Position numbers and translations under genes: made by a program. 64,000 nucleotides of DNA from an uncultured Verrucomicrobiae bacterium (GTDB lineage: Bacteria > Verrucomicrobiota > Verrucomicrobiia > Limisphaerales > Palsa-1400), in contig CAVPOM010000006.1 in the NCBI GenBank assembly GCA_963707025.1, positions 480,001-544,000 on the forward strand, written 5' to 3'. The notes under the pieces were generated by a model. That model did not search any database. It was not told the DNA's origin and worked only from the letters and a program-made list of their open reading frames with translations. This document shows positions 1-10,839 of this stretch, one piece after another; position 1 is the first letter of the stretch; the number at the start of each line of letters is the position of its first letter.

Positions 1-339
1 GCCGGAGGGAAAACCGCGCTCGGCTTCGATTTGCAGGTAGCTGTCCAGGTCCGCCCCGGCAATGCCGGGGAGCTTGGATTGGAGGGTCAAAACCCAGGTC
101 AGGGGCAAACAGACCACGCAGCGGTTTTCGCGCACGCCGGCGGTTTCGAGGTGATTGCGGATTTCGCGGCCGACCAATTCGGGATCGCCGGTCAGGGGCG
201 CCAGGGCCATGGCGGCGGAGACGCTTTGGCGGACTTGGAGAGAGCCGCCGCTGCGCCGCACGACCACCGCCTCGAGGCGGTTGCCGTCAATGGCAATACC
301 CAGGACGGAGGAGGCCCGTTGTTTTTTAAAGAGTTTCAT
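1..339 (-). CDS. GspL/PilM-like assembly platform protein, N-terminal part (runs off the window edge)
   Basis: Not in the ORF track. Manual translation from ATG 339 gives MKLFKKQRASSVLGIAIDGNRLEAVVVRR...LQIEAERGF, an actin-like GspL/PilM N-terminus. TAATG overlap with the gspK stop. Confidence 0.6.
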   Translation of the reverse strand, partial: MKLFKKQRASSVLGIAIDGNRLEAVVVRRSGGSLQVRQSVSAAMALAPLTGDPELVGREIRNHLETAGVRENRCVVCLPLTWVLTLQSKLPGIAGADLDSYLQIEAERGFPSG

Positions 340-1781
340 TATCTTAGAGTTCCAGCCAATAACTGGTCATGAATACGTTTGCCCAAAGCCCAGCCCAAAT
401 AGGTCAGGTCCTGACGATACACTATCTGCGGCACACCGCTGCTGCAATCAAAGACAAATTTGACACGGCGGTAGCCGCGGCCGAAGTGTCCGACCGCGGC
501 GACGTCCGCGGTAAATTGAAAGGTATGGGAGGTGACCCAGGGGCCGGCTTGGAGCATGGCATTGGTCCCCAGGCTGGCCATGCCGTCTTTGAGCCAGTAA
601 ATGGAATTGAGGCGGCCGGGAACGCCCTGGCGGTAGTTCAGGAGGGTTTGGGCGTTGTTGTAGCCGATGCCCGGGATGCAGGCCAGGGTGGTGGCGGTGG
701 CGGTGTTGACGTTGATCAACCCCATGGTGTTGGAACCGTAAAGATAAGGCTCGAGGGCGATGAAATCGGCTTCGGCGATGCCGCTTTTAAGGGCGAAATC
801 GAGCACGCTGGTGGGCGGCGTGGCCGCCAGGGCGGGAAGTTTTGAACTGAGCGTGCTGTAGATGGAGGGGAAATTGGATTGGATAAAACTGCTTAACCCG
901 GCGGCGTCGAGCACCGACTGGCGGTTGGTGGTGATATAGGTGTTGGCCATGCTGAGGCTGGGGACGCCGAAGTTGGTCGGCTCGTGAGTATAAACGGTGA
1001 CGTATTCGAGGAAGCCCGAATCCAGCATGCCATCGCTGTTATCGTTGGGCGGCAGGGCCGGGCCGTCATTTTCGTTCGGGTCCAGGGCGCCGTTGAGATT
1101 GATGTCTTCCCCGTAGAGGAGGTCCAGGTTCATGCCATAGACCATGCGCAATTCGCCGACGGTTTCATAATTGGTCTGTTTGCACAGGTAGGGAGGATTG
1201 AGGCCTTCATAGGTTGGGGACTTGGCCCCGTTCATCGTCTGGTTGGCATTGGAGGTGTTCCAGTCATACATGGCCGAGATCAGGGGCAGGGTCATCTGCG
1301 GCAGGTTTTGCAGCAAATTGGTGGAGGTGTCCGGGCTGGTATAGAGCTTGGTGTTGTTCAAATTGGCCTTGGAGGCCTCGTCCACCAGGCAAAACACCGG
1401 GTCGGGCGAGCGGTGTGAAAAATCCATGTCGTTGGTGTCGCGCCCGATCACCCAGAACATGCCTTCGCCGACCTTGACGGCGCCGGTTTTGTAATTGTTG
1501 GTCTGCGGGAGCATGTTCGGCTGCATCAGGCTGATCAAAATGTTGCTGTAATAAAGGGCCGCCGATTCGATGGCCTGGTCGGCTTGCAAGCTGGCCAACT
1601 GGTAGTCGGCGGCGCGCATGTTCATCTCCATGGAATGCCCGAAATAGAGGGCCAGGCCGACGACGCCAAAGGCAATCCACATCACGACAATCAGCACCGA
1701 GCCGGCCAGGCACGGGGCCGATTTGCCGTGCGGGAACCGTCTCCCGCCTTCCGCCAAAGAATTGCCGTGTCGAAGCTTCAT
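339..1781 (-). CDS. gspK: Type II secretion minor pseudopilin GspK
   Basis: GSVLIVVMWI N-terminal helix, DEASKANLN motif, GLINVNTA and HhH (CIPGIG) segment; position after gspJ. Confidence 0.8.
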   Translation of the reverse strand: MKLRHGNSLAEGGRRFPHGKSAPCLAGSVLIVVMWIAFGVVGLALYFGHSMEMNMRAADYQLASLQADQAIESAALYYSNILISLMQPNMLPQTNNYKTGAVKVGEGMFWVIGRDTNDMDFSHRSPDPVFCLVDEASKANLNNTKLYTSPDTSTNLLQNLPQMTLPLISAMYDWNTSNANQTMNGAKSPTYEGLNPPYLCKQTNYETVGELRMVYGMNLDLLYGEDINLNGALDPNENDGPALPPNDNSDGMLDSGFLEYVTVYTHEPTNFGVPSLSMANTYITTNRQSVLDAAGLSSFIQSNFPSIYSTLSSKLPALAATPPTSVLDFALKSGIAEADFIALEPYLYGSNTMGLINVNTATATTLACIPGIGYNNAQTLLNYRQGVPGRLNSIYWLKDGMASLGTNAMLQAGPWVTSHTFQFTADVAAVGHFGRGYRRVKFVFDCSSGVPQIVYRQDLTYLGWALGKRIHDQLLAGTLR

Positions 1782-2554
1782 GGCAGCGGGCTGGTGATAT
1801 TGGTGCTCATCTGGACATCCACCGGAATGACCAGTTCGTATAATTTGGGCGCAACCGCTCCCCGGCCATAGCCTTGCGGGGCCATCTCGATTTGCATCTT
1901 GATGGCGTTGGGCAAATTGGTTTGCTGGATGGAATCCCAGCTCTGGTCCCAGGAGGTGCCATCGTAGTAGGTGAAGATGACATTTTGCACGCCGTTTAAA
2001 AGGGTGCGCTTCTGGTCCGGTTGGGGCGGGCCGCTGATCTGCAGGAGGTTGCGCGTGACGGCGCGGACCAGGTCCATGCCGGCGTAGAGGCGGTTGGTCG
2101 GGGGCTGAAGCAAATAATCAATCTTCTCGACATCCCCCCACGGGACCAGGCCGTCGGGTTCGCCGCTGGTGGTGTAGAAGTCGGGGCCGACCTGGAAGGG
2201 CAGGACGTTGGTTTGGTTGATGGATTGGAAGGGGCCGACGAGGAGGCCGCCATTGGTGGAATTATTGCAGACCAGGCTGGCCAGATCGCGCTGGATGCCG
2301 GTCAGGACCTGCTCCACCGGCATGCTTTGCTCCAGGGATTCGGTCACGCCGTTGTTCAAGCGGAAGGCGATGTAGAGGACGCTGCTCATGGCGGCCAGAA
2401 TCAGGGACATGATGGAAATGGCCAGGATCAACTCAATGAGGGTGAAGGCGGAGGCAGGGCGGGCGCTCCGCTGGCCACCGCGGCGCGCATGGAGAGCGCG
2501 CCCAACCAGCCGGGGCCGGCAGGTTGTCTGAGAAGATGGCGGGGCGGTTTTCAT
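1778..2554 (-). CDS. gspJ: Minor pseudopilin GspJ
   Basis: AFTLIELILAISI prepilin motif; YYDGTSWDQSW and LPNAIKMQI C-terminal motifs. Confidence 0.75.
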   Translation of the reverse strand: MKTAPPSSQTTCRPRLVGRALHARRGGQRSARPASAFTLIELILAISIMSLILAAMSSVLYIAFRLNNGVTESLEQSMPVEQVLTGIQRDLASLVCNNSTNGGLLVGPFQSINQTNVLPFQVGPDFYTTSGEPDGLVPWGDVEKIDYLLQPPTNRLYAGMDLVRAVTRNLLQISGPPQPDQKRTLLNGVQNVIFTYYDGTSWDQSWDSIQQTNLPNAIKMQIEMAPQGYGRGAVAPKLYELVIPVDVQMSTNITSPLP

Positions 2555-2967
2555 TGTGTCGCCGGGGGCACCAGGGTGCTCAGTTGGACGTTGCAATGGC
2601 GGCCGGCCACGTTGTAGGCCACCGTGATGGTGGCCAGATACATGCGGCTGAGGGGGTCGGTGGTCCAGAATTCGCTGGATTGGGACCAGGTGTAGGAAAC
2701 GCCGTCTTCAGAGACGACACCGCGTTGTCCGCCGTTTTGCAACAAGTTTTCGACGCGCAGATCATTGATGATTTTGGTGGCCAGGCGGGCGGCCACCAGC
2801 TTGCGCTGGCCGGCCTCGCCGGCCATGCTGGCCACCCGCATGGCGCTCAGAGCGACCGGAATGACGACGACCATGAAGAGCGTCGCCACCAGCACCTCCA
2901 CCAGGGTGAAGGCACCGCGGCCGCGCTTAGTAGCGCGTGGATCTGGAATGGTTGAGCTCAATTTCAT
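2551..2967 (-). CDS. gspI: Minor pseudopilin GspI
   Basis: GAFTLVEVLVAT prepilin motif, 138 aa, located between gspH and gspJ. Confidence 0.72.
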   Translation of the reverse strand: MKLSSTIPDPRATKRGRGAFTLVEVLVATLFMVVVIPVALSAMRVASMAGEAGQRKLVAARLATKIINDLRVENLLQNGGQRGVVSEDGVSYTWSQSSEFWTTDPLSRMYLATITVAYNVAGRHCNVQLSTLVPPATQ

Positions 2968-3502
2968 ATCTCATGTGATTGGGATTCTGCACGATCCAGA
3001 TTTCCGGATCCTGTCCCTGGCGGAACCTGATGGTTTGGGGGCTGGTCTCGCTGATAAAGCCGTCGGGCTGAAAGCGGATGATGGGCAGGCTGGCGCCGCG
3101 CATGGCCGACGGGGTCCAAAAGTTGGACTGGGTCAGCGTCCCGTAGGACTGCGAGACCATGATTTGCACATTGTTGTCCGCCATAAACCAGGAAACATTG
3201 GTCTTGGTTTCGGTATAGCCGCCGACGGCGGCCAGCCAGTATTTGTTTTGTTTGATGTTGATCCCCAGATCCACGGGCTGCCCTTCGGACACGGCGCGGC
3301 TGGAGCCGAAACGGGTCAAGGACAGGAATCGCCGCGCCTCGTTTTCCAGGTTTTGCCCCTGCAAGAACGATTTGAAGGAGGGCGCGGCCACGCCGACGGC
3401 AATGACCATGATGGTCATGACGATCACCAACTCCACCATGGTGAAGGCGGCGCATGGCCCGGCCTTACTGCGCGTTGGCGGATGTCCAGTTGCCAATCGC
3501 AT
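2927..3502 (-). CDS. gspH: Minor pseudopilin GspH/FimT-like
   Basis: AFTMVELVIVMTI prepilin motif; IIRFQPDG motif. Confidence 0.75.
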   Translation of the reverse strand: MRLATGHPPTRSKAGPCAAFTMVELVIVMTIMVIAVGVAAPSFKSFLQGQNLENEARRFLSLTRFGSSRAVSEGQPVDLGINIKQNKYWLAAVGGYTETKTNVSWFMADNNVQIMVSQSYGTLTQSNFWTPSAMRGASLPIIRFQPDGFISETSPQTIRFRQGQDPEIWIVQNPNHMRYEIELNHSRSTRY

Positions 3503-3929
3503 CGTTGCCTCCTCTTCCGTCGGGTCCGAGGGAATAAACATCGTAACCATCCTGATTGTGCTTGCCGGGGTATTCATAGACATAAGGCCGGTTCCAAGGG
3601 TCATTGGGAACCTTGTCCACATCCAAAAACTTGCGCCACTTGTTCGAGGCCCCGCTGGGCTTGAAAACCAAGGCGCTCAAACCGGATCCCCTCGGTGGAT
3701 AACTGCCCATTTCGATTTCATACATGGACAGCGCGGTCTTGAAGTTGGAGATGTCGGTGGCCACGGCGGCCCGGCGGGCCTTGTCGCCGACCCCGCTGAA
3801 CTTGGGCAACACGATCCCGGCCAGAATCGCCAGAATGGTCAGGACGAGCAACAGTTCCACCAGGGTGAAGCCGCGCCGGCGCCAGCGATCGGCCCGGCCG
3901 GTTTTTGAAGTGAGGTGTGTTATTTTCAT
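3465..3929 (-). CDS. gspG: Major pseudopilin GspG
   Basis: RGFTLVELLLVLTILAILAGIVLP; DPWNRPYVY and SLGPDG...DAIGNW GspG motifs. Confidence 0.9.
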   Translation of the reverse strand: MKITHLTSKTGRADRWRRRGFTLVELLLVLTILAILAGIVLPKFSGVGDKARRAAVATDISNFKTALSMYEIEMGSYPPRGSGLSALVFKPSGASNKWRKFLDVDKVPNDPWNRPYVYEYPGKHNQDGYDVYSLGPDGRGGNDAIGNWTSANAQ

Positions 3930-3948
3930 AAAGCGTCCTTTCGATTGG

Positions 3949-5217
3949 TTATTTGATGTATTCCTGCAAACTGAAAATGGGAATGAGCATGCCGATAAAA
4001 ATCGTGCCGACAAAGGCCGCGATGCAAAAGAGCAGGGCCGGCTCGGCCAGGGCCACCGCCGTCTTCAGGTTCCGATCCAGGTCCGCCTCCGTGACCACGG
4101 CGATGCGGACCAATTCGGCGTCGAGCTTGCCGCTTTCCTCGCCCACGGAAATCATTTCCAGGACCGAACCGGGGAAGAGGTTGCGGCAATCCGACAGGCT
4201 GGTGCCCAGTTGCGCGCCTTCCTTGACCCGCTCGATGGAATTGGAAACGGCATCCACCAGAATCTGGTTGCCGATGGATTTGCGGGCCACGTTGAGGGCC
4301 TGCACCAGGGGCACGCCGGCGTTGAGCAGCGTGCCGAGCATGCGGCAGAAGCGCGCCATGGCGAACTGGCTGGTGAGAGGGCCGAGGACGGGCAATTTGA
4401 GGAGCAGGCCTTCCCATTTGCGCTTGCCGTCTTCTGATTTGACCCAGCGCCGCACCGAGAAGACGATGATGACAATGCCGGCCAGCATGTAGAGTCCGTA
4501 GGAGCGGATGGCATGGCTGACACCCACAATGATGCGCGTGATCAGGGGCAACTGGGCGTTAAACCCCTCGAACATCTTTTGGAAACGCGGAATAAAGAAG
4601 GTCATCAAGAAAATCAGCACACAAATGGCCAGAAACAACAAAACTGCCGGATACAGCACCGCCGCCATCACCTTGCCGCGCAAATCCCTTTCCCGCACCT
4701 GGAAATCGGCAATCTGCGCCAGCACCAGGTCCAAAAATCCGCCGGTCTCGCCCGCCGAGACCATCGCCACATAGACGCGGGGAAAGGTTTCGGGCATGGT
4801 GGCCATGGAGTCGGCCAGCGTCACTCCGTCCACCACCGAATCATAAACGGCCTTCCATTTGGCCTGGGCGACCGGATTGGAGGCTTCCTTGCAAAGAATG
4901 ACCAGCGCGCGGCTCAACGGCACGCCCGCCGCCAGCAAACTGGAAAGGAGCCGGGTGAAGTTTTCCAGCATCCGCGCCGAGACCTTCTTGGATCCCAGAT
5001 TTAAATTCAGCCCCGCGCCCGCGCCCGCCGGGGCGCTGCCCTCGCTGGCGGCGCCTTTGGCGCCGGCGACCTTGGGGGCCGCTCTCTCCGAAAGGCTGAT
5101 CGGCTTGAGTCCCTTTTCCTCCATTTGCCGGAAGGCCTCCTGCCGGCCCCCCGCCTCAATCTGGCCCTCGGCGACCCCGCCGGAGGATTGAAACGCTTTA
5201 TATTGAAAAAGTGGCAT
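3949..5217 (-). CDS. gspF: Type II secretion inner-membrane platform protein GspF/PilC
   Basis: Two repeats of the GspF domain (AGVPL...AGETGG; AGVPL...VGEESGKL) and three TM segments. Confidence 0.9.
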   Translation of the reverse strand: MPLFQYKAFQSSGGVAEGQIEAGGRQEAFRQMEEKGLKPISLSERAAPKVAGAKGAASEGSAPAGAGAGLNLNLGSKKVSARMLENFTRLLSSLLAAGVPLSRALVILCKEASNPVAQAKWKAVYDSVVDGVTLADSMATMPETFPRVYVAMVSAGETGGFLDLVLAQIADFQVRERDLRGKVMAAVLYPAVLLFLAICVLIFLMTFFIPRFQKMFEGFNAQLPLITRIIVGVSHAIRSYGLYMLAGIVIIVFSVRRWVKSEDGKRKWEGLLLKLPVLGPLTSQFAMARFCRMLGTLLNAGVPLVQALNVARKSIGNQILVDAVSNSIERVKEGAQLGTSLSDCRNLFPGSVLEMISVGEESGKLDAELVRIAVVTEADLDRNLKTAVALAEPALLFCIAAFVGTIFIGMLIPIFSLQEYIK

Positions 5218-5228
5218 GAGGTCTTAAA

Positions 5229-7029
5229 TCAATGTTTGGCCACCAGAATTTTCGGTTTGGCTTCGGCTTCCGAGACGACATCTATGTCGGGCTTCTCCAC
5301 CACGGCGGGCTTCTTTTCGGGGCCGAACAAAGTCTGGTCCTTGGTCACGCGCATCACTTCTTCGGGGGTGGTGGCGCCTTCGCGCACCAGGCGCCAGCCG
5401 TCGTCGCTCAAGCTCTTCATGCCGTTGCGGACGGCGGCCTCGCGGATGATGACGGCGGAGGAGTTTTTCAAGAGCAGTTCGATAATCTCGTTGTTGATGT
5501 CCATCCACTCGAAGATGGCCTGGCGGCCGTGAAAGCCGATCTGGCGGCATTCCCCGCAGCCGACGGCCTTGTAAAACACCTGGCTCTTGGGATAACCGAA
5601 TCTTTCTTTGAGAACGGAGGCGATATCCGATTTGTCCTCCGTCTTGCAGTGGGGGCAGAGGACGCGGACGAGGCGCTGGGCTAGGACGGCTTCGAGGGAG
5701 GAGGCGACCAGATAAGGCTCGACATGCATGTCCACCAGGCGGTTGAGGGCGCCGGGGGCGTCGTTGGTGTGCAGGGTGGAAAAGACCAAGTGGCCGGTGA
5801 GGGAGGCCTGCACGGCAATCTGGGCCGTTTCCTCGTCGCGAATTTCGCCCACCAGTACCACGTCGGGGTCGTGGCGCAAAATGGAGCGCAGGCCGCGGGC
5901 GAAGGTCAGGCCGGCCTTTTCGTTGACTTGAATCTGGTTGACCCCCTTCATCTGGTACTCGATGGGGTCTTCAATGGTGATGATTTTGGTTTCCAAATCA
6001 TTGATTTCGTTCAGGGCGGTATAAAGGGTGGTGGTTTTGCCGCTGCCGGTGGGCCCGGTGACCAGGATGATGCCATGCGGCAGGGCGAGGATGCGCTTGA
6101 AAGATTTGACTTCGTTAGCGCCCATGCCCAATTCGTTCATGCCCATCAAGGTTCCCTTTTGCCGGAGCAAGCGCAGGACGACCGCTTCGCCGTGGAGCAT
6201 GGGGATGATGGAAACGCGCACGTCCACTTCGTTGTTGGCCAGGCGGAGCTTGATGCGTCCGTCCTGGGGCAGGCGCTTTTCGGCGATGTTGAGATGGCTC
6301 AGAATCTTGATGCGGGAAACGATGGCGGGTTGAAAGCGCTTGAGTTGAGCCTGGCACGGGGACTTCCTGCAACACCCCGTCAATGCGGTAACGGATGCGG
6401 AATTCCTCCTCGAACGGCTCCAGGTGGATGTCGGAAGAGCGCAATTCGATGGCGTCGGTAAAGACCTGGTTGACGAATTTGATGATGGAAGCGTCTTCGG
6501 CGGCGCTTTCCAGGTCGGCATTTTCATCGCCCAACTCGTCCACCACCAGCAGCGGAGCGTCTTCGTCCAGAGTGTCAATGGTGTCGGCGCCGATGCCGAG
6601 GCGGGTTTTCATCTCGCGGCGGATGGCTTCGGCCGGGGCGAGGACGGGCTGGATTTTCAGGCCGGTCAGGGTCTTGAGGGTGTCCAGCCCCTGGGTGGCG
6701 AAGAGGCGGCTGGTGGCCACCTGAACGACGCCGTTGAGGCGCTGCAAGGGGAGCAACTCTTCCTTGAGCAGGACGCGGGCGGGAAAGAGGGAAAGGAGTT
6801 CGCGGTCCGGCTCGATGTTGTCCAAAGTGGTGAAATTCAAGTGGTATTCGCCGGCCAGCCAGCGCAGGACGCTGTCCTCGGACTGAACGAGTTCGGGCTT
6901 GCCCTTGGCGGACTGGGCGGAAAGAATGCTGGCATCGGCCACGGACAATTGTTTGGCTTCGACCATGCGATCCAGCAATTTGGCGGGAGGCGGGTCCGCT
7001 GGAGTTTCGATTTTCTTGCTCTCGTTCAT
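5229..7029 (-). CDS. gspE: Type II secretion ATPase GspE/PilB, split by a one-base insertion near 6351
   Basis: ORF 6115..7029 carries the N-domain and [11 protein letters not shown] 5229..6578 carries [39 protein letters not shown] and the CxxC pairs. Removing one G in CCAGGCT restores VPVPAQLKRF. Confidence 0.9.
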
Positions 7030-7156
7030 ATTGGCGTTGCTTTGACTTTCGGATTCAGCTCACGGCGGCGCTCGCCTTGGAGCGCCGCCGGGCTGCTTAA
7101 ACCCACCGGCGGCCCAGGCCGCCGATGCAGATTTTAGTGACTTTGATCACAGGATC

Positions 7157-7699
<543 letters not shown>

Positions 7700-7778
7700 A
7701 ACTTCCATTGGTTTAAGGTTCTGTTCGATTCGGAAGCGTACATTTCCCGCCCCGAATGCGGAACACCTTTTCCCTAAG

Positions 7779-7793
7779 GCAATTAGCGTGCCA
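7779..7793 (-). promoter_or_regulatory. Sigma54 (-24/-12) promoter
   Basis: Minus strand TGGCAC-GCTAA-TTGC matches the TGGCAC-N5-TTGC consensus, about 80 nt upstream of the 7699 start. Confidence 0.75.
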
Positions 7794-7857
7794 AGTGGGT
7801 AAAAGGCCGTTTTACCAGCAAAAGACCGTGTTTTTTGCTGAACGCACTGAGATAGAC

Positions 7858-7893
7858 GCGCAAACGTTGCGCGAAGTTGCGCAAAAAGTGCGC
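7858..7893. promoter_or_regulatory. Putative bEBP enhancer sites
   Basis: Palindrome GCGCAA-ACG-TTGCGC and adjacent TGCGCAAAAAGTGCGC, 65-100 nt upstream of the sigma54 box. Confidence 0.45.
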
Positions 7894-8002
7894 GGGAGCA
7901 AGAATGGCGATTTCTAACCGGTGGCACGGCCCCTGGGCCTGAATTAAAAGGGGGGCATTGCAACCGGCCTGTGCCGTTAAGCCGGAACGATGCAATTGGC
8001 AT

Positions 8003-8157
8003 CACGGATGAACGCAGATCAACACGGACAAGACAACGCGATGATGATGCCCTTTCTGTGACGGGATGGAGCCGCCAAATCGTGACCGAAAGGAGAACGG
8101 AGAAAGCCCCTTTTTCAGCGCTTTAGAATCCGAGTCCATGAGTGTTCATCAGCGGTT
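8003..8157. repeat. Degenerate inverted 10-mer array (CACGGATGAA-like arms)
   Basis: cacggatgaacgcagatcaacacggac (8003-8029) versus atccgagtccatgagtgttcatcagcgg (8128-8155). Confidence 0.5.
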
Positions 8158-8196
8158 CTCTTCCGCATGGATACGGTCAAGTGGTTGTGGCAGAGT

Positions 8197-8748
8197 TTAT
8201 TCCAACAAGCCATCGTTCAAAAGGATGGCCTCCTGGCGGATGGAGACGACGGCCTGCAGGTCAGCCTGCGCTCTGGCCATCTCGGCTTGTTTCCTTTTGC
8301 GAGCCTCGCGAACCTTGGCCATGGCGGCTTTGACTTCGGCGATGGGGGCATTGTCGTCCAGAGCCTTGGTCAACGCGTCGGCGGCGGGATCCGTGGCGCC
8401 AAAAAGGCCGGCAAAACCGCGCATGCCGCCTCCGCCACCTCTTCCTCCCATCATGCCGCCGCGCATGTTGGCCAGTCCCGCCAGGCCGACTTCGGCCCGC
8501 AATTGCATCACCTTGACCAGTCTTGGGGAGATGACGTTCCATTCATCGTCGTTCGTCACCGCCAGAGTCGGGCGCATGCTCTCGGCCTGCTGTTGCAATA
8601 TGGCGGTGAAATCAAAGCCGCCGCGGCCGCCGCCGCCGCCAAAGCCGCCGCCACCGCCGCCTTGCGCCAGGACGCTGGCGCCGGAAAAAGCCAGAGTGAG
8701 AGCGGTGCCGGTGACGGCCAATAATTGATTAAGTTTCTTCATAAGCAT
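8197..8748 (-). CDS. Secreted Gly-rich helical protein, paralogue 2
   Basis: Signal peptide ending VLA-Q, Gly/RGG tracts, DDEWNVISPRL, and LQAVVSIRQEAILL. Confidence 0.75.
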   Translation of the reverse strand: MLMKKLNQLLAVTGTALTLAFSGASVLAQGGGGGGFGGGGGRGGFDFTAILQQQAESMRPTLAVTNDDEWNVISPRLVKVMQLRAEVGLAGLANMRGGMMGGRGGGGGMRGFAGLFGATDPAADALTKALDDNAPIAEVKAAMAKVREARKRKQAEMARAQADLQAVVSIRQEAILLNDGLLE

Positions 8749-8963
8749 CTCCGACTGATTTTTCAGGGTGTTTGTTCAATATGATTGTCAAACAACAGTG
8801 ATCGTGTGTTTTTGAACTTCTTCGATTATACACGGCCTGGACGGTTTGGGAAACAGATAATTCCAGGACCGCATCCACCGATTAATGTCCGCCGAAACCA
8901 AAAACAGAACATCTTTTCTCTCCGCCATTGACCCGGCGGCAATTTCGGCGAAAATAATGGCCG

Positions 8964-9659
8964 ATGGCGTCTTTCTTGAAATTGCAGGATGTCTCCAAAT
9001 CGTATGACTCGGTCTTAAACGCTCCGCCGGTGCGCGTGCTGGAGGCCATCAGCCTGGAAGTCCAGGCGGGTGAGTCGGTGGCCATCGTCGGACCGTCCGG
9101 CTCCGGCAAAAGCACCCTGCTCAACATTATCGGCGCCCTGGATCGTCCAAGCAGCGGGCAGGTTTTTTTCCAGGGCGAGGATTTGGGAAAATGGCAGGAA
9201 CGGGAGTTGGCCGCTTTCCGTCATGGCCGCCTCGGCTTCATCTTTCAGGCGCATCATTTGCTGCCGCAATGCACGGTGTTGGAGAACGTGCTGGTGCCGA
9301 CGCTGGCGGCGCCGCAAAGCGCGGCCGGGCGTCAAAACGCGCTGGCCCGGGGCGGCCGGCTGCTGGAGCGGGTGGGGCTGGGGGCGCGCAAGGATCATCG
9401 CCCCGGCCAGCTTTCCGGCGGAGAACGCCAGCGGGCGGCGGTGGTGCGGGCGTTGATCAATCAACCGCAACTGCTGCTGGCCGATGAACCGACCGGGGCG
9501 CTGGACCGCCCGGCCTCGGAGGGTTTGGCGCGGCTGCTGTTGGAACTGAACAAGGAGGAAAATGTCACCTTGATCCTGGTGACGCACGCGCCGGAGCTGG
9601 CCGAACGGATGCAACGGCGCTGCCGGATTTTGGACGGGCGTCTGGAGCCTCAGAGTTGA
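8964..9659 (+). CDS. ABC transporter ATP-binding protein (LolD/MacB-type), no adjacent permease
   Basis: GPSGSGKS, LSGGERQR, LLADEPTGALD, VTH. Confidence 0.9.
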   Translation: MASFLKLQDVSKSYDSVLNAPPVRVLEAISLEVQAGESVAIVGPSGSGKSTLLNIIGALDRPSSGQVFFQGEDLGKWQERELAAFRHGRLGFIFQAHHLLPQCTVLENVLVPTLAAPQSAAGRQNALARGGRLLERVGLGARKDHRPGQLSGGERQRAAVVRALINQPQLLLADEPTGALDRPASEGLARLLLELNKEENVTLILVTHAPELAERMQRRCRILDGRLEPQS

Positions 9660-9937
9660 TCCGCCGCCCCAGGCCCGTCGAAACGCAGCCTTTGGTGCTC
9701 GTGCAAATGGAATTGCAGCAGCCGCACCCAGACGGCGCTGTCCTCGCCGGGCGGCAGGCCCGCGGCCAGGGCCTGCAATAGCTCCTCGCGCCGGGCCAGG
9801 GAGTCGGGCAGGGTGTTGAGAATATGGGCGACCAACACGGGCAGGACCGGGCGCGGCCCGCCGCCGCGCGGGGGCGGCGGGCCGGGCCGGCCGGGAACGC
9901 CGTGTTTTTCCGGTGGATGTTGCAATGAGGGCTGCAT
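9650..9937 (-). CDS. Small hypothetical protein divergent from the XRE gene
   Basis: 95-aa ORF with an upstream TTGACA-17-TAACGT promoter. Confidence 0.55.
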   Translation of the reverse strand: MQPSLQHPPEKHGVPGRPGPPPPRGGGPRPVLPVLVAHILNTLPDSLARREELLQALAAGLPPGEDSAVWVRLLQFHLHEHQRLRFDGPGAADQL

Positions 9938-9940
9938 AAT

Positions 9941-9977
9941 ATGAAGCTACGTTACATGAAGCTACTTCATTTGTCAA
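9941..9977 (-). promoter_or_regulatory. Sigma70 promoter overlapped by tandem operators
   Basis: ATGAAGCTAC at 9941 and 9956; palindrome ATGAAG-CTA-CTTCAT at 9956-9970; minus-strand -35 TTGACA at 9977-9972 and -10 TAACGT at 9954-9949. Confidence 0.65.
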
Positions 9978-10029
9978 TGGAAAAAGATTGACTGTTTTTG
10001 CCCGGGCCTGTAGTGGCTGCGGGAAAACC

Positions 10030-10470
10030 ATGAAAAGCAGCCTTGCAAAAGGGGTGGAGGGGGCGGACCTGAAGCAGGAATTCCGCGATTTGCTGCAGGC
10101 CTCCGGCTGGTCGCAGGCCGAGGCGGCGCGGCAACTGGCCATGACCCCCAGCGCGCTGAGCCAGATTGTGCGGCCCAACTCCCCGGTGCGGCCCAGCCCG
10201 GTGACGCTGCGGCTGTTCCAGTTGCTGCTCTGGCGGGAAAAACCGCAGGCCTTGCGGGAGGTGGCGCGGCGCAAGGCGCTCTCCGCCGCCGCGCCGTGGG
10301 AACAGGATTTGCTCCGCGATTTGCGGGGAGTTCCCCCAAAAGCCCGGCAATCCATCCTGCGCCAGATGCGCGGCCTGATCGCCGCGGCCAAAAAAAACGC
10401 GCCGGAGAGCCGGCGGGCGGGGATGAGGCGGCAGGAGCGGGGGCGCAGGATTAAGATTGAGATCATTTAA
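10030..10470 (+). CDS. XRE-family HTH transcriptional regulator
   Basis: GWSQAEAARQLAMTPSALSQI helix-turn-helix. Confidence 0.75.
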   Translation: MKSSLAKGVEGADLKQEFRDLLQASGWSQAEAARQLAMTPSALSQIVRPNSPVRPSPVTLRLFQLLLWREKPQALREVARRKALSAAAPWEQDLLRDLRGVPPKARQSILRQMRGLIAAAKKNAPESRRAGMRRQERGRRIKIEII

Positions 10471-10620
10471 GATTTGGAGTAAGATAAGGAGGGGGGTTGG
10501 GAGGGAGCAGCGGTGGCAGGGAAAGGAACGGGGAATTGGCCTTGGGAAACTTATTCACATGGAGAGGGGTGTCCAGGAGGGTGGGTGAAATTATGGGCAC
10601 GCGATGATGGAAAGGGTTTT

Positions 10621-10839
10621 ATGTCGAAGAAAGAACAGTTCCTGGCCTTTGTCTTCGTCGGAGCGATGGTCCAGGACAGCAGCACTGAAAGCAATGATTG
10701 CCCTTTGATTATGCACATGGCCAGCCAGATACCGGAGGAGCGAATCCCCGACAACGTGATGAACGCGGCCAAGGTTTTCCTGGCCTTTTGCAACGGCGTA
10801 TGCAAACGGCCCCATGGCTGGATGCTGGCCACGAAGTGA
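10621..10839 (+). CDS. Small hypothetical protein (72 aa)
   Basis: ATG after a purine-rich leader; protein-like composition (MSKKEQFLAFVFVG...PHGWMLATK). Confidence 0.5.
   Translation: MSKKEQFLAFVFVGAMVQDSSTESNDCPLIMHMASQIPEERIPDNVMNAAKVFLAFCNGVCKRPHGWMLATK

Noticed and set aside
6340..6360. gspE as a pseudogene or programmed frameshift
   Set aside because: One extra base with no slippery site in an otherwise intact operon. All five such breaks in the window are +1 insertions, which points to long-read assembly error; read mapping would decide.
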